Shown here piece by piece: positions 1-13,422 of a stretch of 64,000 bases of DNA. A program made the position numbers and the translations under genes. A model generated the notes under the pieces. That model searched no databases and was not told the DNA's origin. It was given only the letters and a program-made list of their open reading frames with translations. The stretch lies in contig CAWKHF010000003.1 in the NCBI GenBank assembly GCA_963849325.1, positions 1 through 64,000 on the forward strand, in the 5' to 3' direction. The stretch is from an uncultured Planctomycetota bacterium. Its GTDB lineage: Bacteria; Planctomycetota; Planctomycetia; Gemmatales; Gemmataceae. Positions within the stretch are counted from its first letter, which is position 1. Every line of letters begins with the position of its first letter.

Positions 1-1472
<1,472 letters not shown>

Positions 1473-1785
1473 GACTCTGCATCCCCTTCCAGACGTCTGC
1501 TCCCGAGGCGGGAGGATGGGTTATTTTATCGGCGCGAGCGTATACCTCCTAGCCCCGCCGTCGGTCACCCCTTCTCTGGCGGCGCCCGGAAAGCCGGCGC
1601 AAACGCTGGTGCCCTTAAAGTCGCTATCACCGATGCTCCGATGCTACATGGACGGACCCGGCGTGCGTTCCGGCGATCGCGGCAAAGTAGAGAAGATCGG
1701 CCGAGCTTGCCGTGCGACGGTTTCGCCGCCGGCCTGGCCGGCACCCCGCGAGGAGGACGTTTTTTCGGTCGGCACGGAGACAGCG

Positions 1786-3266
1786 ATGAGTGAGACCCGG
1801 GTGTTGCTCGGCAAGATCCAGGCCCTGCGGCAGCGGCTGGAGCAGGCGCAGGGTCTGGCCAACGAGGCCCGCACGGCCGCGGCGGCTCTTGTCGAGGAGA
1901 CCGGCGGCGGCCGGACGGCGACTCGGTCTCCTTCGAGCGCCTCGTCGCCGAGGGCGACGACCACGACGTTCGGGTCGATCGCGCCCTCCGTCCCCTGACG
2001 GGTCCGCACAGCGGCGACGAAGTCCGTCCCCTGCCGCGCCAGTTGACCGCGCGGGCCCGCCGCGTGCTCGAACGCGGCCGCGAACTGCTCCTCCGCCTGC
2101 GCCAGCTGGCCGACGCCTTCGAGCAGCCCGAATCGGCCGAGGCGCCGCCGCTGTTCGACCGTCACGATCCCCTGGCGAAGCTCTACCGCGAGACGGTCGC
2201 CCTGACCGACACGGCCCTGCGCATGGTGCCGCTGTTCCCGGACACAACCAGCGCCCAGCTGCGTCTGTGCGAGGGGTTGGAGGCGATCCTGAACGTGGTG
2301 GCCGCACGGCTCTTGACGCTGACGGCCGGGGTCGATCGGCAGCGGCAAGAGTGCGGCCGGGTATCGCGCCTGGCCGAGCTGCTGACCGCCCTCGACGCCG
2401 GGCAGACCCTCGACAAGCAGGCCGTTCCTGGAGTTGGCCGAGGAAATCCACAACGACGCCCAGGAGTGCGGCCCTCTGCGTTTCCTCGACGGCGATCCGT
2501 GCCGCCCCGCCCATCTTCATCGCCTGCCACGGTCTGACCACGGCCCGCGTTCTGGGCCGCGTCATCCGCCACGATCCCGAGCTGCGCGGTCGGCCGCACG
2601 ACGCCCTGCTGGCCGCTCTCGTCCACGACGTCGGCATGCTCCGCGTCCCGGCGGAGATCCTTGCTCATCCCGGCCCGCTCAGCGATGAGCAGCGCCGCGC
2701 CGTCGAGGCCCACTGTCATGCAGGTGTCAATCTGGTCGCCCCGCTGCTGCTCGACTCGCCCTGGTTGGCCGAGGCCGTCCGCGGCCATCACGAGCGCCTG
2801 GACGGCACCGGCTACCCGGACGGCCTGCGCGACTTCCAGATCAAGCCGCTGACGCGCCTGCTGGCCGTGTGCGACGTGTACGCCAGCTTCTGCACGCGCC
2901 GTCCTTATCGTCCGGCCCGCGAGACGCGGACGGCCCTGACCGACACGCTGCTGTTGGCCGACCAGGGACAGCTGGATCGCCATTATGCCGAGTGCCTGCT
3001 GCACCTGTCGTTCTACCCCATCGGCTCGGTCGTGGAGTTGGCCGACGGCGCCGTCGGCGTCGTCGTGGCCACGCCGACAGCCGCGCCGCGACCTGGACAG
3101 TCCGGCCCGCCCGGTAGTCGCCCTGCTGACCGACGGCCAGGGTCGGGCACTGCCGCTGCCGCATCATCTCGACTTAGCCCAGTGCGACAGCCCCAGCATC
3201 GTCCGCACGCTGTCTGCCGCCGAGAGCCGCGAGCTGCTCGGGGCGCGCTTCCCGGAATGGGTGTAA
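1786..3266 (+). CDS. HD-GYP domain protein (putative cyclic-dinucleotide phosphodiesterase); frameshifted
   Basis: HDVGML and [11 protein letters not shown] motifs, plus a C-terminal [13 protein letters not shown]. The coding sequence is spread over several + frames. Confidence 0.8.
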
Positions 3267-3269
3267 ACA

Positions 3270-3358
3270 AAGTTCTGAGTTCTGAGTTCTGAGTTCTGAG
3301 TGAAAGAAGGAAGCGAATGGTTCTTCACTCAGAACTCAGAACTCAGAACTCAGAACTT
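3270..3358. repeat. Palindrome of heptamer tandem repeats (AGTTCTG)4...(CAGAACT)4
   Basis: Arms at 3270-3304 and 3324-3358 are reverse complements. Confidence 0.95.
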
Positions 3359-3370
3359 CATGGTGGCGGC

Positions 3371-4099
3371 ATGACCAGTCCCACGAGTTATCTGCGGGCG
3401 ACTCGGCACCCCTGGCCGTGCCTGCTGTTCGTGCTGCCGTTGGTGATCGCTTACGAGGGCGGCGTCGCCCTGCTGGGCGGGCCGCACCCCGAGAACCTGC
3501 GCAACGGCGCCGACAACTGGCTGCGCGTCGGTCTGACGCGCGTCGGCATCTCCTGGGTTTGGCTGCCGCCCGCTGTGTTACTGGCGCTGCTGGTGGCCTG
3601 GACGTGGACGCGCCGTCATGAACGACCGCTGGAACTGCTGGCCGTGCTCAGCGGCATGGTCCTGGAGAGCGTGGCTTTCGCCATCGGTCTGTGGGGCGTC
3701 AGTCGAGCGCTGGGACCGTTGCTGGAGGAGTTCGGCATCCCTCTGGCCGCCGCTCCGGTCGCGGAGCCGGCGGTGGGACAGGTCATCACCTACCTCGGCG
3801 CCGGCATCTACGAGGAGGCATTGTTCCGCCTCATCCTCTTCGCCTGCCTGGTGCGGCTGCTGCGGATGGTGGACGTGAACGGCCTGCTGGCCGTGCCGCT
3901 GGCCGCGACCGCCTCGGCCCTGCTCTTCTCGGCCGCCCACCACCTCGGGCCTTACGGACAGCCGTATGGCAATTACTTGTTTCTGTTCCGCCTCATCGCC
4001 GGCTTGTACTTCGCCATGCTGTTTCAGTTCCGCGGCTTCGGCATCGCCGTCGGCGCTCACGCCTGCTACAACCTGATGGTCAGCATCGGCGCAAGCTAA
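3371..4099 (+). CDS. CPBP (CAAX/Abi) family intramembrane glutamic protease
   Basis: Multiple hydrophobic helices, with YEEALFR, FSAAHH and AHACYN motifs. Confidence 0.85.
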   Translation: MTSPTSYLRATRHPWPCLLFVLPLVIAYEGGVALLGGPHPENLRNGADNWLRVGLTRVGISWVWLPPAVLLALLVAWTWTRRHERPLELLAVLSGMVLESVAFAIGLWGVSRALGPLLEEFGIPLAAAPVAEPAVGQVITYLGAGIYEEALFRLILFACLVRLLRMVDVNGLLAVPLAATASALLFSAAHHLGPYGQPYGNYLFLFRLIAGLYFAMLFQFRGFGIAVGAHACYNLMVSIGAS

Positions 4100-4209
4100 A
4101 AAATTAACCACAGATGAACACAGATAAACACAGATAAAATCAAAAGAAACAATTCAATTGTTGTTTCTCTTATCCGTGTTTATCTGTGTTCATCTGTGGT
4201 TAATTTTTT
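4098..4209. repeat. Long hairpin of decamer repeats (ACAGATRAAC) between convergent genes; likely bidirectional terminator
   Basis: Arms 4098-4137 and 4170-4209 match at 39/40, with an inner AGAAACAA/TTGTTTCT stem. Confidence 0.9.
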
Positions 4210-5036
4210 GGCCCGAACAGCGGTGAGCGGTGGATGCCGAGGCGGTCGAGCCAATATTGGCCGACCACACCCAGCGTACCCAGGCCATACTTCAAACTGC
4301 GGCGGAAGTTGATACTGCTGGCCTCATCGAAATAGCGGACGGGGACGGGGATGTCACCGAGACGAAAGCCGAAACGCACCGCTTGCACGAGAAATTGCGT
4401 GTCGAAGATGAAGTCGTCGGAGTTCTTCTCAAAAGGGATGCGTTCGAGCACGGCGCGGCTGTAGACACGGAAGCCGCTGTGGAAGTCGCCAAGGTTCTGA
4501 CCGAGGGCGAAGTTCTCCACGGTCGTCAGAAAACGGTTGCTGAGATACTTGTAGACGGGCATGCCGCCGACCATCGCCTCCTGACGCGAGCGGATGCGGT
4601 TGCCCAGCACCACGTCACACAGACCTAACTCGATGAAGCCGACGGCGTGGGGAATGACCCGGCTGTCATACTGGTAATCCGGGTGGATCATCACCACGAT
4701 GTCGGCGCCGCGGGCCAGGGCTTCGCGGTAGCACGTCTTTTGATTGCCGCCATAGCCGCGATTTTCGGGGTGAGCGATCACGGTCAGGCCCATCTCGCGG
4801 GCCACATCGACGGTGCGATCCGTGCTGCCGTCGTCCACGAGAAGGACGTCATCGACGCAGCCGGCGGGCATGTCGGCCAGGGTCGAGGCCAGCGTCTTCT
4901 CGGCGTTGTAGGCCGGCATGACGGCGAGGACGCGATGCGGCCGCTTCGGCGGCCGCTCCGGCAGCGTCCGCGTGATGCGATTCACGTGGAAGAACTCCTC
5001 GCGCAGTTGCAGGTGCGGCCGATTCAGCACAGACAT
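4200..5036 (-). CDS. Family 2 glycosyltransferase (polyprenol-phosphate mannosyltransferase-like)
   Basis: MPAYNAE, VDDGSTD, NRGYG and HPDYQYD motifs. Confidence 0.9.
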   Translation of the reverse strand: MSVLNRPHLQLREEFFHVNRITRTLPERPPKRPHRVLAVMPAYNAEKTLASTLADMPAGCVDDVLLVDDGSTDRTVDVAREMGLTVIAHPENRGYGGNQKTCYREALARGADIVVMIHPDYQYDSRVIPHAVGFIELGLCDVVLGNRIRSRQEAMVGGMPVYKYLSNRFLTTVENFALGQNLGDFHSGFRVYSRAVLERIPFEKNSDDFIFDTQFLVQAVRFGFRLGDIPVPVRYFDEASSINFRRSLKYGLGTLGVVGQYWLDRLGIHRSPLFGPKN

Positions 5037-5067
5037 GACGTGGAATCCCCGACTCGGAGTTTCAGGA

Positions 5068-7089
5068 TCATCGTAGTTCGTCGCCCGCGGCCTTGCGTTC
5101 CAGCGGACCCGCGACGCACGGGCCGCCGTTGAGAGAGGCCGCCTCCGCGCTCGGGACCGGCGGCCCGTGCAGCGCCTCCGAACCGGGCACCAGCCGCGGT
5201 CCCGGCGTGTGCTGTTCGAGCAACTGCACCAGCTCCGTGCGGTCCATCACTTCCTTTTCCATCAGTCGCTGGGCGATCGCTTCCAGGGCGACGCGGCGCG
5301 ACTGGAGCACCTCGCGCACCGCCTCGGTGGACTCCTGGATGATGTTGCGCACTTCCATGTCAATCTCGCGCGCTGTCCGCTCGCTGTAGGTGCGCTCGGA
5401 CTCCGTAGGCGCTCCGTTGAGGAAGGCGGAGCCGGAACGCTCGTGGAAGTTGACGCGGCCGAGTCGGCTCATGCCGAACTCCTTGACCATGCCGCGAGCG
5501 ATGCGGCTGGCCTGTACCAGATCGCTGGTGGCGCCGTTGGAGATTTCATGGAAAACCAACTCCTCGGCGAGCGTGCCGCCCAGCGCGACCTTGATCTGGC
5601 TCTCCAGCTCGGACTGCGTGACGAGGTAACGGTCCTCCTCGGGCCGGCTCAGCACATAGCCCAGGGCGCCGACGCCGCGCGGGATGATCGAAATTTTGTG
5701 GACCGTCGAGGTGTTCGGCAAGGAGCAGGCCACCAGGGCGTGGCCGGCCTCGTGATAGGCGACGCGCTGCTTCTCGTCGGGGTTCATGATACGGCTCTTG
5801 CGCTCCAGGCCGACGGCGCCGCGCTCGACGGCCTCCTCCAGCTCGGCCATGCCGACCACGTCCTTGCCGTTGCGGGCCGCCATCAGGGCCGCCTCGTTGA
5901 CGAGGTTGGCCAGGTCGGCTCCAACCGAACCCGGCGTCAGACCGGCCACTCGCCGCAGATCGACGTCGGGACCGAGCCGGACGTTGCGGGCATGGACCTT
6001 CAGGATGGCCTCGCGGCCGAGAATGTCGGGACGATCAACGACGACGGTGCGGTCGAAGCGGCCCGGCCGCATCAGAGCAGCGTCGAGCGTCTCGGGTCGG
6101 TTGGTCGCGGCCATGATGATGACGCCGCGGTTGGAAGCGAAGCCGTCCATCTCCACGAGCAGCTGGTTGAGCGTCTGCTCGCGCTCATCGTGTCCACCGA
6201 CGGCCATGCCGGAGCGCGTCTTGCCCAGGGCGTCCAGCTCGTCAATGAAGATGATGCACGGCGCGCGGTTCTCGGCCTGGCCGAACAGGTCGCGCACACG
6301 GGCGGCACCGACGCCGACGAACATCTCAACGAAATCACTGCCGCTGAGGCTGAAGAACGGCACCTCGGCCTCACCGGCCACGGCGCGAGCCAGGAGCGTC
6401 TTGCCCGTGCCCGGCGGGCCAACCAGCAACACACCCTTGGGGATGCGTCCGCCGAGGGCTTGATACTTGTCGGGAGTCTTGAGGAAGTCCACCACCTCGC
6501 GCAGCTCGGCAACGGCCTCATCGATGCCGGCCACGTCGCGGAAGGTCACGTCGAGGTCTTTCTGCGCGTACACCTTGGCCTTGCTGCGGCCGAAGGTCAA
6601 CGGCGAGCCGCCGCCCATCATCCAGCGGATCACCAGCACCAGGCCCACGCCCAGCGCGGCGAGGGACAGGATCGACACGAGGCTGGCGCCGATCGTCTTC
6701 CAGACCGACTCTTCCTCGCCGCCCTGGAAATTGGCGCCGACGGCCTCCTTGAGCAGATCGTGCAGTCCCGGATCTTCTTCGAGTCCGATGCGCGGCGTGC
6801 GGAAGGAAACGGTCTGCGAATGCCGACCGGCGACACCGCCGGAGGCGAGGTCGGAGGTGACGATCTCGCCGCGGATATCGCCGCGGTTAACTTGGACTTT
6901 TTGCAGGCGGATTCCCCGGCCATCCCGGCCGGCGTGGAGGATTTGAATGAGTTCGCCGTACTTCAACGGCATCGGGCTGGATTCGCGGTTGCCCCACCAC
7001 ACCAGCAGAACGAGAGGCGACAAAAGGAACAGCACACCCGGGATGAGCCAGCGCCACAATCGGCTGGCGTCTTTGCCTTTTTTCTGCAC
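5068..7089 (-). CDS. ftsH: ATP-dependent zinc metalloprotease FtsH
   Basis: Two TM segments, [18 protein letters not shown] motif RPGRFDR and HEAGH. Confidence 0.97.
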   Translation of the reverse strand: MQKKGKDASRLWRWLIPGVLFLLSPLVLLVWWGNRESSPMPLKYGELIQILHAGRDGRGIRLQKVQVNRGDIRGEIVTSDLASGGVAGRHSQTVSFRTPRIGLEEDPGLHDLLKEAVGANFQGGEEESVWKTIGASLVSILSLAALGVGLVLVIRWMMGGGSPLTFGRSKAKVYAQKDLDVTFRDVAGIDEAVAELREVVDFLKTPDKYQALGGRIPKGVLLVGPPGTGKTLLARAVAGEAEVPFFSLSGSDFVEMFVGVGAARVRDLFGQAENRAPCIIFIDELDALGKTRSGMAVGGHDEREQTLNQLLVEMDGFASNRGVIIMAATNRPETLDAALMRPGRFDRTVVVDRPDILGREAILKVHARNVRLGPDVDLRRVAGLTPGSVGADLANLVNEAALMAARNGKDVVGMAELEEAVERGAVGLERKSRIMNPDEKQRVAYHEAGHALVACSLPNTSTVHKISIIPRGVGALGYVLSRPEEDRYLVTQSELESQIKVALGGTLAEELVFHEISNGATSDLVQASRIARGMVKEFGMSRLGRVNFHERSGSAFLNGAPTESERTYSERTAREIDMEVRNIIQESTEAVREVLQSRRVALEAIAQRLMEKEVMDRTELVQLLEQHTPGPRLVPGSEALHGPPVPSAEAASLNGGPCVAGPLERKAAGDELR

Positions 7090-7354
7090 GGAAACCTGTT
7101 CCTCCAGTCCTCAGCGAAGGGAGCGATCATCATTGAATTCCATTCACTGTAAGGCAACGGCGCGAATCGGTCAACGGGCTATCGCCCTCCAGTGCCGAGA
7201 AAAAGGGAGAAAAATCCGATGCAAAGCCCAGGCGGAGCAATCGAACGACCTCACGCCGGCACACTTCGCCCAACCGCTACAGGCGGAAGAGACACACCAG
7301 GTCCGAAGGCGATAGGATAAGGTTGTTCGTCCTGTCCAGCTTTTGGGGTTCCCC

Positions 7355-8020
7355 ATGCACCAAGCAATTCCTGCTTCCGTGATTCTGATTTTTTCCATTG
7401 CGCTGTCCGCCGGCGCTCGTACGACCGTCCCCGTCGTCGAGGACGTTCGATGGGGGCCGTTCCGCGATCATTGCCGTCAGTTGCTCAAGGCGCTGGAGGA
7501 TGCCCCGGCGCCCTTGCCGGCGGAGACCGTGCGGGCGGTGAGGGCGCTCCTCGTCGATAAGCCGGACGATCCCGATGCGGCGGTGCGAGCCGTGCAGAAA
7601 CTCCTCGATCCGCACTGTTTGCTCGTGGTCAGCATCAACCCGGAGAGCCGGGTCAAGGCAACGCGGGGTCCGGCGGTCATCGAATTGCACCGGGACCGAC
7701 CGACGGTGGTGCTCCTCAAAGTTCACAACGACGGCGGTGTCACGCATCGGCTCCGCCTGAGCGGCCCGGAGATTGCCCGCGCCGGCGAGCGCGGCGGAGG
7801 CCGCTGGCTACAAGCCACCCTGGTCGCGGAAGCTCCGTTTGGCCCCAGGCTGAGCGGAGGACGGCTGGAGTATCGTTTGCTCCGCCTGACGCCGCGCCAG
7901 TCCGGTAAGCGCGAGGCTACCTTTCAGTTCGACGTCGGCCAGGGCACGCAGGATCTCGGCTTCCGCGCCGAAGTGCCCATCTTGTTTTCGATCCGTCAAT
8001 CCGCTCGTCCGCGCCCTTAG
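7355..8020 (+). CDS. Secreted hypothetical protein; resembles the N-terminal region of planctomycete CehA/McbA-type metallohydrolases
   Basis: Signal-peptide-like N-terminus, with INPESRVK and VGQGTQDLGFR motifs. The family similarity is from recall only. Confidence 0.55.
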   Translation: MHQAIPASVILIFSIALSAGARTTVPVVEDVRWGPFRDHCRQLLKALEDAPAPLPAETVRAVRALLVDKPDDPDAAVRAVQKLLDPHCLLVVSINPESRVKATRGPAVIELHRDRPTVVLLKVHNDGGVTHRLRLSGPEIARAGERGGGRWLQATLVAEAPFGPRLSGGRLEYRLLRLTPRQSGKREATFQFDVGQGTQDLGFRAEVPILFSIRQSARPRP

Positions 8021-8116
8021 CAAGGGGTGCGCCCTTGCTGGCGCTATGGGCTGGAAGCGGTATAATCCCAAGTAGACGATAGTGCTTCCATCAAGTCCTG
8101 TTGTGGGAGAGATGTC

Positions 8117-8854
8117 GTGTTCCTCGTTAAAGATCAACGGCATGGTGCGACCTACCTCGTATTCACCGCGGCAGATCCCCGGAAGGATGGGTACAGGGGG
8201 GAAGTTATGGAAGGCGTCAGCCTGGATTACGACATGGAAGCGGTCTACAGCTGGTCCGATGGTCATGCTCGCCCCGAAGCCTGTGTGGGGCAATCCTCAG
8301 AGAATCCGAAGCATTACAAGGTGTTCAAGTATCGAAGCGAATTGCAATCGGCTGGGTATCAGCCGATTCCGGGCACCCCCTTGGTATACGGATCCTCGGC
8401 GCACTACGACAAATTACGTCTGGTCCCTCCGGACCCCATTCAGACGGGCGACGAGGACTGGTACGAGTACCTGGACAAACTCGATGAAGACTCCCGTCGC
8501 CGACGTCAGCAGTCGCAAACGTCGGCTTCGCCAGCAGGCAACAGTCGAGACGAAGTGGCAGCCTGGATAGCGAAAAAGCACTTCCTCGCGGATAGTGGTA
8601 TTCGAGAAGTCTGGTATTTACCGCTGGGGGCGCCTCCCGACGAAATTCGATTCTTGGAGTTAAATGATCGTTTCGCCAGCGCTGAGTCTCAGCCGGAGGC
8701 GATCGACTTTGGTTTGGACATTGAAGGCGCGCGTTTCCGCCTGCTCGTCGCGGACATCACCAGCGAACAGCTGGACCGGATCAAGCAGGATCCTTCTCGA
8801 CTCCCACCGGGGTGGACCCTCGACGGCAATCGGATCTGGAGACGGGGAGCATGA
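8117..8854 (+). CDS. Hypothetical protein, putative antitoxin/partner of the downstream HEPN-like gene
   Basis: 245 aa ORF with an ATGA overlap onto the next gene; lower GC than the flanks. Confidence 0.6.
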   Translation: MFLVKDQRHGATYLVFTAADPRKDGYRGEVMEGVSLDYDMEAVYSWSDGHARPEACVGQSSENPKHYKVFKYRSELQSAGYQPIPGTPLVYGSSAHYDKLRLVPPDPIQTGDEDWYEYLDKLDEDSRRRRQQSQTSASPAGNSRDEVAAWIAKKHFLADSGIREVWYLPLGAPPDEIRFLELNDRFASAESQPEAIDFGLDIEGARFRLLVADITSEQLDRIKQDPSRLPPGWTLDGNRIWRRGA

Positions 8855-9345
8855 CCGAGTATCAACGGTTGTTCCTCGTTCAGGCCCGCACGGACTTTGT
8901 GGTCTTTGAGTTGTTTCGGAGGAACGCCGAATTGCCGCCCTGCCACGCACTCCACTATCTGCAGATGGCCACGGAGATGCTCGGAAAAGCTCATGCCTGG
9001 AAACACGGTCCTCGCGCGAATACGCATCGCGCCTTCGTTGGTTTTCTCCGAAGCCTCTCCACCAATCGGCAGGCCCAAGGGCATTTGGGCTTCGGAGGGC
9101 GGAATGAAAATTGGGAGCACTTGATCCGCAAAAGCGTGCCGCTGGCGGAGCGCATCGAAGACCTGGCGCCCGCCCTTTCACCCGACGCGCCCAACCCCGA
9201 GTATCCCTGGCCTCGTCACGCCCCGCGGACGGCGCCAGTGGAGCACACCTTTGAGATATGGCAGGAGTTACAGGAAACCGCCGCGGGCCGCCAGTTCCTT
9301 CACCTGACCAGCCGTCTCGTTGCGATAGCCCATGCTTACCTGTAA
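8851..9345 (+). CDS. HEPN-like helical protein (putative toxin)
   Basis: QARTDF...LHYLQMATEMLGKA and NPEYPW follow the HEPN helical pattern (A..DL / QQA.EK.LKA / RYP). Confidence 0.55.
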   Translation: MTEYQRLFLVQARTDFVVFELFRRNAELPPCHALHYLQMATEMLGKAHAWKHGPRANTHRAFVGFLRSLSTNRQAQGHLGFGGRNENWEHLIRKSVPLAERIEDLAPALSPDAPNPEYPWPRHAPRTAPVEHTFEIWQELQETAAGRQFLHLTSRLVAIAHAYL

Positions 9346-9413
9346 AGGGACGAAATAGCAATCGGAGTAACAACTTCCGGGCAATAGCAGCAAGCGTCGG
9401 CCGGCGCGGTACA

Positions 9414-10843
9414 ATGAACCGCATGGTCCGGAAGAGGAAATCGCCCACCGAGCCGACGGTCACTTTCTGGGGCGCCGCCGCGGCGTCACCGGCTCGATGC
9501 ACCAGGTCGAGGCGTGCGGGCAGTCGCTGCTCCTGGACTGCGGTCTGTTCCAGGGCCGCCGGGTCGAGAGCCGGCTCCGCAACCATCAATTCCCCTTCCG
9601 CCCCAGGGACATCGACGCGGTCCTCCTCAGCCACGCCCACATCGACCACTGCGGCAACCTGCCCAACCTCGTCCGCCAGGGCTTCGCCGGGCCGATCTAC
9701 TGCACGCCCGCCACCCGCGCCCTCGCCGCTGTCATGCTCGGCGACGCCGCCAAGATCCAGGAAGAGGACGCCGCCTACCTCAACCGCAAGCGCGTCCGCG
9801 GCGAGCCGCAAGTCGAGCCGCTCTACGATGGCCGGGACGTTTACCGGACCCTGCTGCGGTTACAGGCCGTGCCCTACGACACGCCGTTCGACGTCGGCGC
9901 CGGGCCTGGAGGCGACGTTCGTGGACGCGGGCCACCTGCTCGGCTCGGCGATGGTCCGTCTGCGAGCGGACCTGCCCGGCGGCGAGCGCAGCCTGACGTT
10001 CACCGGCGACCTCGGCCGGCCCGGCCTGCCGATCCTGCGCGACCCCGGCCCCGGTCCCGCCGGCCGACCTGCTCATCAGCGAAAGCACCTACGGCGGCCA
10101 CACGCACGAGCCGGTCGGAGGAGACGGCGGAGCGGCTGGGCGAGGTGGTGCGGCACACCGCCGAACGCGGCGGCAAGCTCATCATCCCGGCCTTCAGCGT
10201 CGGCCGCACGCAGACGATCGTCTACTTCCTGCACCAGCTCATGAGCGCCGGCCGGCTGCCGGACCTGCCCATCTACGTCGATAGCCCGATGGCCGTGCGG
10301 GCGACCGAGGTGTTCCGCGCTCACCCGGAATGCTTCGATGGCGAGACGCTGCGGCTGCTGCGCGAGCAGCCCGACCTGTTCGGCGAGCGGCGAGTGCACT
10401 ACGTCGAGAAGGTCCACGAGAGCATCGCCCTCAACGGCCGCCGCGAGCCGTGCGTCATCATCTCGGCCAGCGGCATGTGCGAGGCCGGCCGCATCCTGCA
10501 CCACCTCAAGCACAACATCGAGGACCCGCGCAGCACGATCCTGATCGCCGGCTACCAGGCGCCCGACACGCTGGGCCGGCGACTGGTGGAGCGCCGGCCG
10601 GAGGTGCGCATCCTGGGCCGAACTTGCGCGGTCAAGGCCGAGGTGGTGGTGCTCAACGGCCTGTCCAGCCACGCCGACCACGACGGCCTGCTGCGAAGCC
10701 TGGGTCCGCTGGCCGGCACGACCCGGCGGGTGCGGCTGGTCCACGGCGAGCCGGAACGAGCGGCGGCGCTGGCCGACGCCCTGCGGATGGCCGGCTTCGC
10801 GGACGTGGCGGTTCCCCAGCGTGGCGAGAGTGTCCAGCTGTAG
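9414..10843 (+). CDS. MBL-fold beta-CASP ribonuclease; frameshifted
   Basis: LLDCG, SHAHIDH, AGHLLGS, TGDLG, SESTYG, SASGM and SSHAD motifs. Confidence 0.9.
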
Positions 10844-11304
10844 CGTGTTGGCCTGGGCCGGAAGCGGCGATCCTGGCGTCAGAAAAGGTATCAGGAACGA
10901 ATGGCATGGACTTTAGCTGTAAGTTCTTCGCAGTGCGGGAGTTAAAAAGATGTCCTGCCTTGCTAGAGTGAGGAAGATCACGAACCCTCACCACAAGGAG
11001 GCCATCCGGGGGCTCATGCTACCCCCGCACGCCGCTCCGGCCCAGTCGGACAACTCCGCCGCAAGATCGCCCACGCTCCCGCTCTGCCCTTCCGCGAACT
11101 GCTCTCGCCGAGCAGGCCATCCGCGACCAAGCCGTCTCCTTCCGTAGCGGCAGCGTCTGGTGGGAGCTGTAATTCCTGGTGGAAGAGTGAGAACCCCCGC
11201 CGGGTGGTGCCGGAAGAGAGGTTTGTTCTACCAGCCAACAAGTACAGGTTGGCCTGCGTGAGGGTGCGCACCGTTGGTGGTCGTAGGGATGCGACTACGC
11301 CCGT

Positions 11305-11445
11305 GAATCGCTACCGAGACAGTTGGCCCGGCTCAACCAGCCAGACCTCGAATCCGCGTGACTCCAGCATCTCGAAGAGCAGGATCCAGTAGATGCCGAT
11401 CGATTCCATGGCCACGGTCTTGATACCGCACCGGGACTGTAGTAG
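11305..11445 (-). mobile_element. IS110-family transposase remnant
   Basis: The minus strand reads CGIKTVAMESIGIYWILLFEMLESRGFEVWLVEPGQLS, the DEDD N-terminal motif, and is truncated. Confidence 0.75.
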
Positions 11446-11616
11446 CATCCTTTACACCTCTTCGTTGGCGGCCGGTGTCGAAAACTCCTGTGCCGGGGCT
11501 GAATCGGTTGGCGCAACCGTGTGCATCCTCGGGCCGAGGACGCACGCCCTTGCGAGTCCTCGGCGAAACAGGCGCGGCCCCGCCGCTCGAACCCGGTTGC
11601 GGGAAGGAGCGCGGCG

Positions 11617-12102
11617 GTGCAGCGAGAACCGCTCCAGGTCCTGGTCTTCGAGGTCGGCGGCCAGCGCTACGGCCTGCCCGTCGACGACGTTCAGGAATTG
11701 CTGCGCACCGTGAGCATCGTCCCCCTGCCACGAGCGCCGGCCATCGTCGAAGGCATCATCAACCTTCGCGGCCGAATCATCCCGGTCCTCGACGTCCGCG
11801 GCCGATTCCGGCTGCCGGCCCGGTCCTTGGAACCCAGCGATCATTTCATCGTGGCCCGCGCCGGCGAGCGCGTGGTGGCCCTGCGCGTGGACCGCGCCGT
11901 GGACTTGGTGCGACTGGAGGCAGCGGACATCGAGGAGGCCGGCAGCGTGGTGCCCGGCGTGGAGTACGTCGCCTGGGTGGCTCGGCGGCCGCACGACCTG
12001 GTGCTCATCCACGACCTGCGGACCTTCCTGACGCGCGAGGAGTCGGCCGCCCTCGATGAGGCAGCCGCGCCGGCAGAGGCCGAGGCGGGAGGACGGCCAT
12101 GA
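11617..12102 (+). CDS. cheW: CheW coupling protein (WspB-like)
   Basis: GIINLRGRIIPVLD motif; GTG start after AAGGAG. Confidence 0.92.
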   Translation: MQREPLQVLVFEVGGQRYGLPVDDVQELLRTVSIVPLPRAPAIVEGIINLRGRIIPVLDVRGRFRLPARSLEPSDHFIVARAGERVVALRVDRAVDLVRLEAADIEEAGSVVPGVEYVAWVARRPHDLVLIHDLRTFLTREESAALDEAAAPAEAEAGGRP

Positions 12103-13422
12103 CGTGGACACACTCGACCTATGAAGCCGTCGCGCAGTTCGTCGCCGCGCACACCGGACTGCAATTCCCGGCCAACCGCCACGAGCACACCGAGACGGCC
12201 ATCCGCCGAGCGATGGAGCGGAGCCGAAGCCGGTCGGCCGAGCACTACCTCGACGTGCTGAAAACCGACGCCGTCGCCCTGGACAACTTGGTCTGCGAAC
12301 TGACCGTGGGCGAGACCTATTTCTTCCGCGAACCGGAGCAGTTCGAGTTCCTCCGCCGCGAAGTGCTGCCGGAGCTGCGACAGCGCCGGCCGCCGAGCCA
12401 CGTGTTCCGCGTGTGGAGCGCCGGTTGCGCCACGGGGGAGGAGGCGTACTCGCTGGCCATCCTCTTCGAGCAGGAGGGACTGGGCGAACGAGTGCGAGTG
12501 CTGGCCACCGACATCTCGCGGGCCGCGCTGGCGCGGGCGCACCAGGCCGTGTACAACGACTGGTCGCTGCGCGGCCAGGGAGCGTCCGCGGCCGGTTCGT
12601 ACCTGGCTCGACGGGGAAAGAACCATGTCCTCGATGAGAAGGTCCGGCGCCGCGTCACGCTGGAATACCTCAATCTCGCCCAGGACGTTTATCCCTCCTT
12701 TGCCAGCGACACCCGTGGCATGGACCTCATCCTGTGCCGCAACGTCCTGATCTACCTCGACCCGCAAACGGTGCAGCGCGTGGCCGGGCGCCTGCTCCAG
12801 TCGCTGGCCCCTGGCGGCTGGCTGCTCACGGCGTCGTCGGACCCGCCCCTCCAGGACTTAGATCCCTTCGCAATCGTGATCCGAGACGTCGGCGTGTTCT
12901 ATCGACGACCCCTGGAATCGGGTGTCGTTGGGGTGGAGGGTGGAGGGTGGAGGGTGGAGGGAGAGGACAAGGGGACAACCGGACGGTCTTCCCTCCACCC
13001 TCCACCCGAAGAGGATGCCGCCGAGTGCGTGCGGAAGCTGGCCGGCGATAAGGTGGCTGAGGCCGAGCGCGACCTGTGCCGCCGCCGTGGCACGTCAGCC
13101 GCTGGCCACCGAGCTGCGCTACCTGCACGCCGTGCTCCTGATGGACCTCGGCCGGGACGATGAGGCCATCCAGGCGCTGCGGCGAGTGATCTACCTCGAT
13201 CGTTCCTTGGCCGTCGCCCACTTCACGCTCGGCGCGCTGCTGGGGCGGCGCGGCGACCGGACCGGGGCACGCGCCGCCTATCGCAACGTCGTCGCCCTCT
13301 GCGTTGGTCGGCCGGCCGACGAGATCGTTCCGCTCGCCGACGGCGAGTGCGCCGGCCGTCTGGGCCGGGCGGCCCGGTTCCAACTCGACTTGCTCAACGC
13401 CGGTGGGGAGGCGAAGCCATGA
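12099..13422 (+). CDS. cheR: CheR methyltransferase with C-terminal TPR (WspC/FrzF-like); frameshift near 13070
   Basis: [23 protein letters not shown] and CRNVLIY. The TPR ([27 protein letters not shown]) lies in a shifted frame. Confidence 0.9.
12931..13007. repeat. (GGGTGGA)4...(TCCACCC)2 palindrome read through in the CheR linker
   Basis: Seen directly; translates as [11 protein letters not shown]...SSLHPPP. Confidence 0.9.

Noticed and set aside
3270-4209. Tandem repeat arrays, considered as CRISPR
   Set aside because: Units are 7-10 bp with no unique spacers, and there are no cas genes.
10895-11120. Possible IS4-like left end (AATGGCATGGACTTTAG) with a decayed 5' coding region
   Set aside because: No matching right end or recognisable transposase motif was found.
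11205-11225. Minus-strand CAAACCTCTCTTCCGGCACCA resembling a tRNA 3' end or att site
   Set aside because: There is no TTC T-loop or cloverleaf and no second copy in the window. It is too short to support a call.
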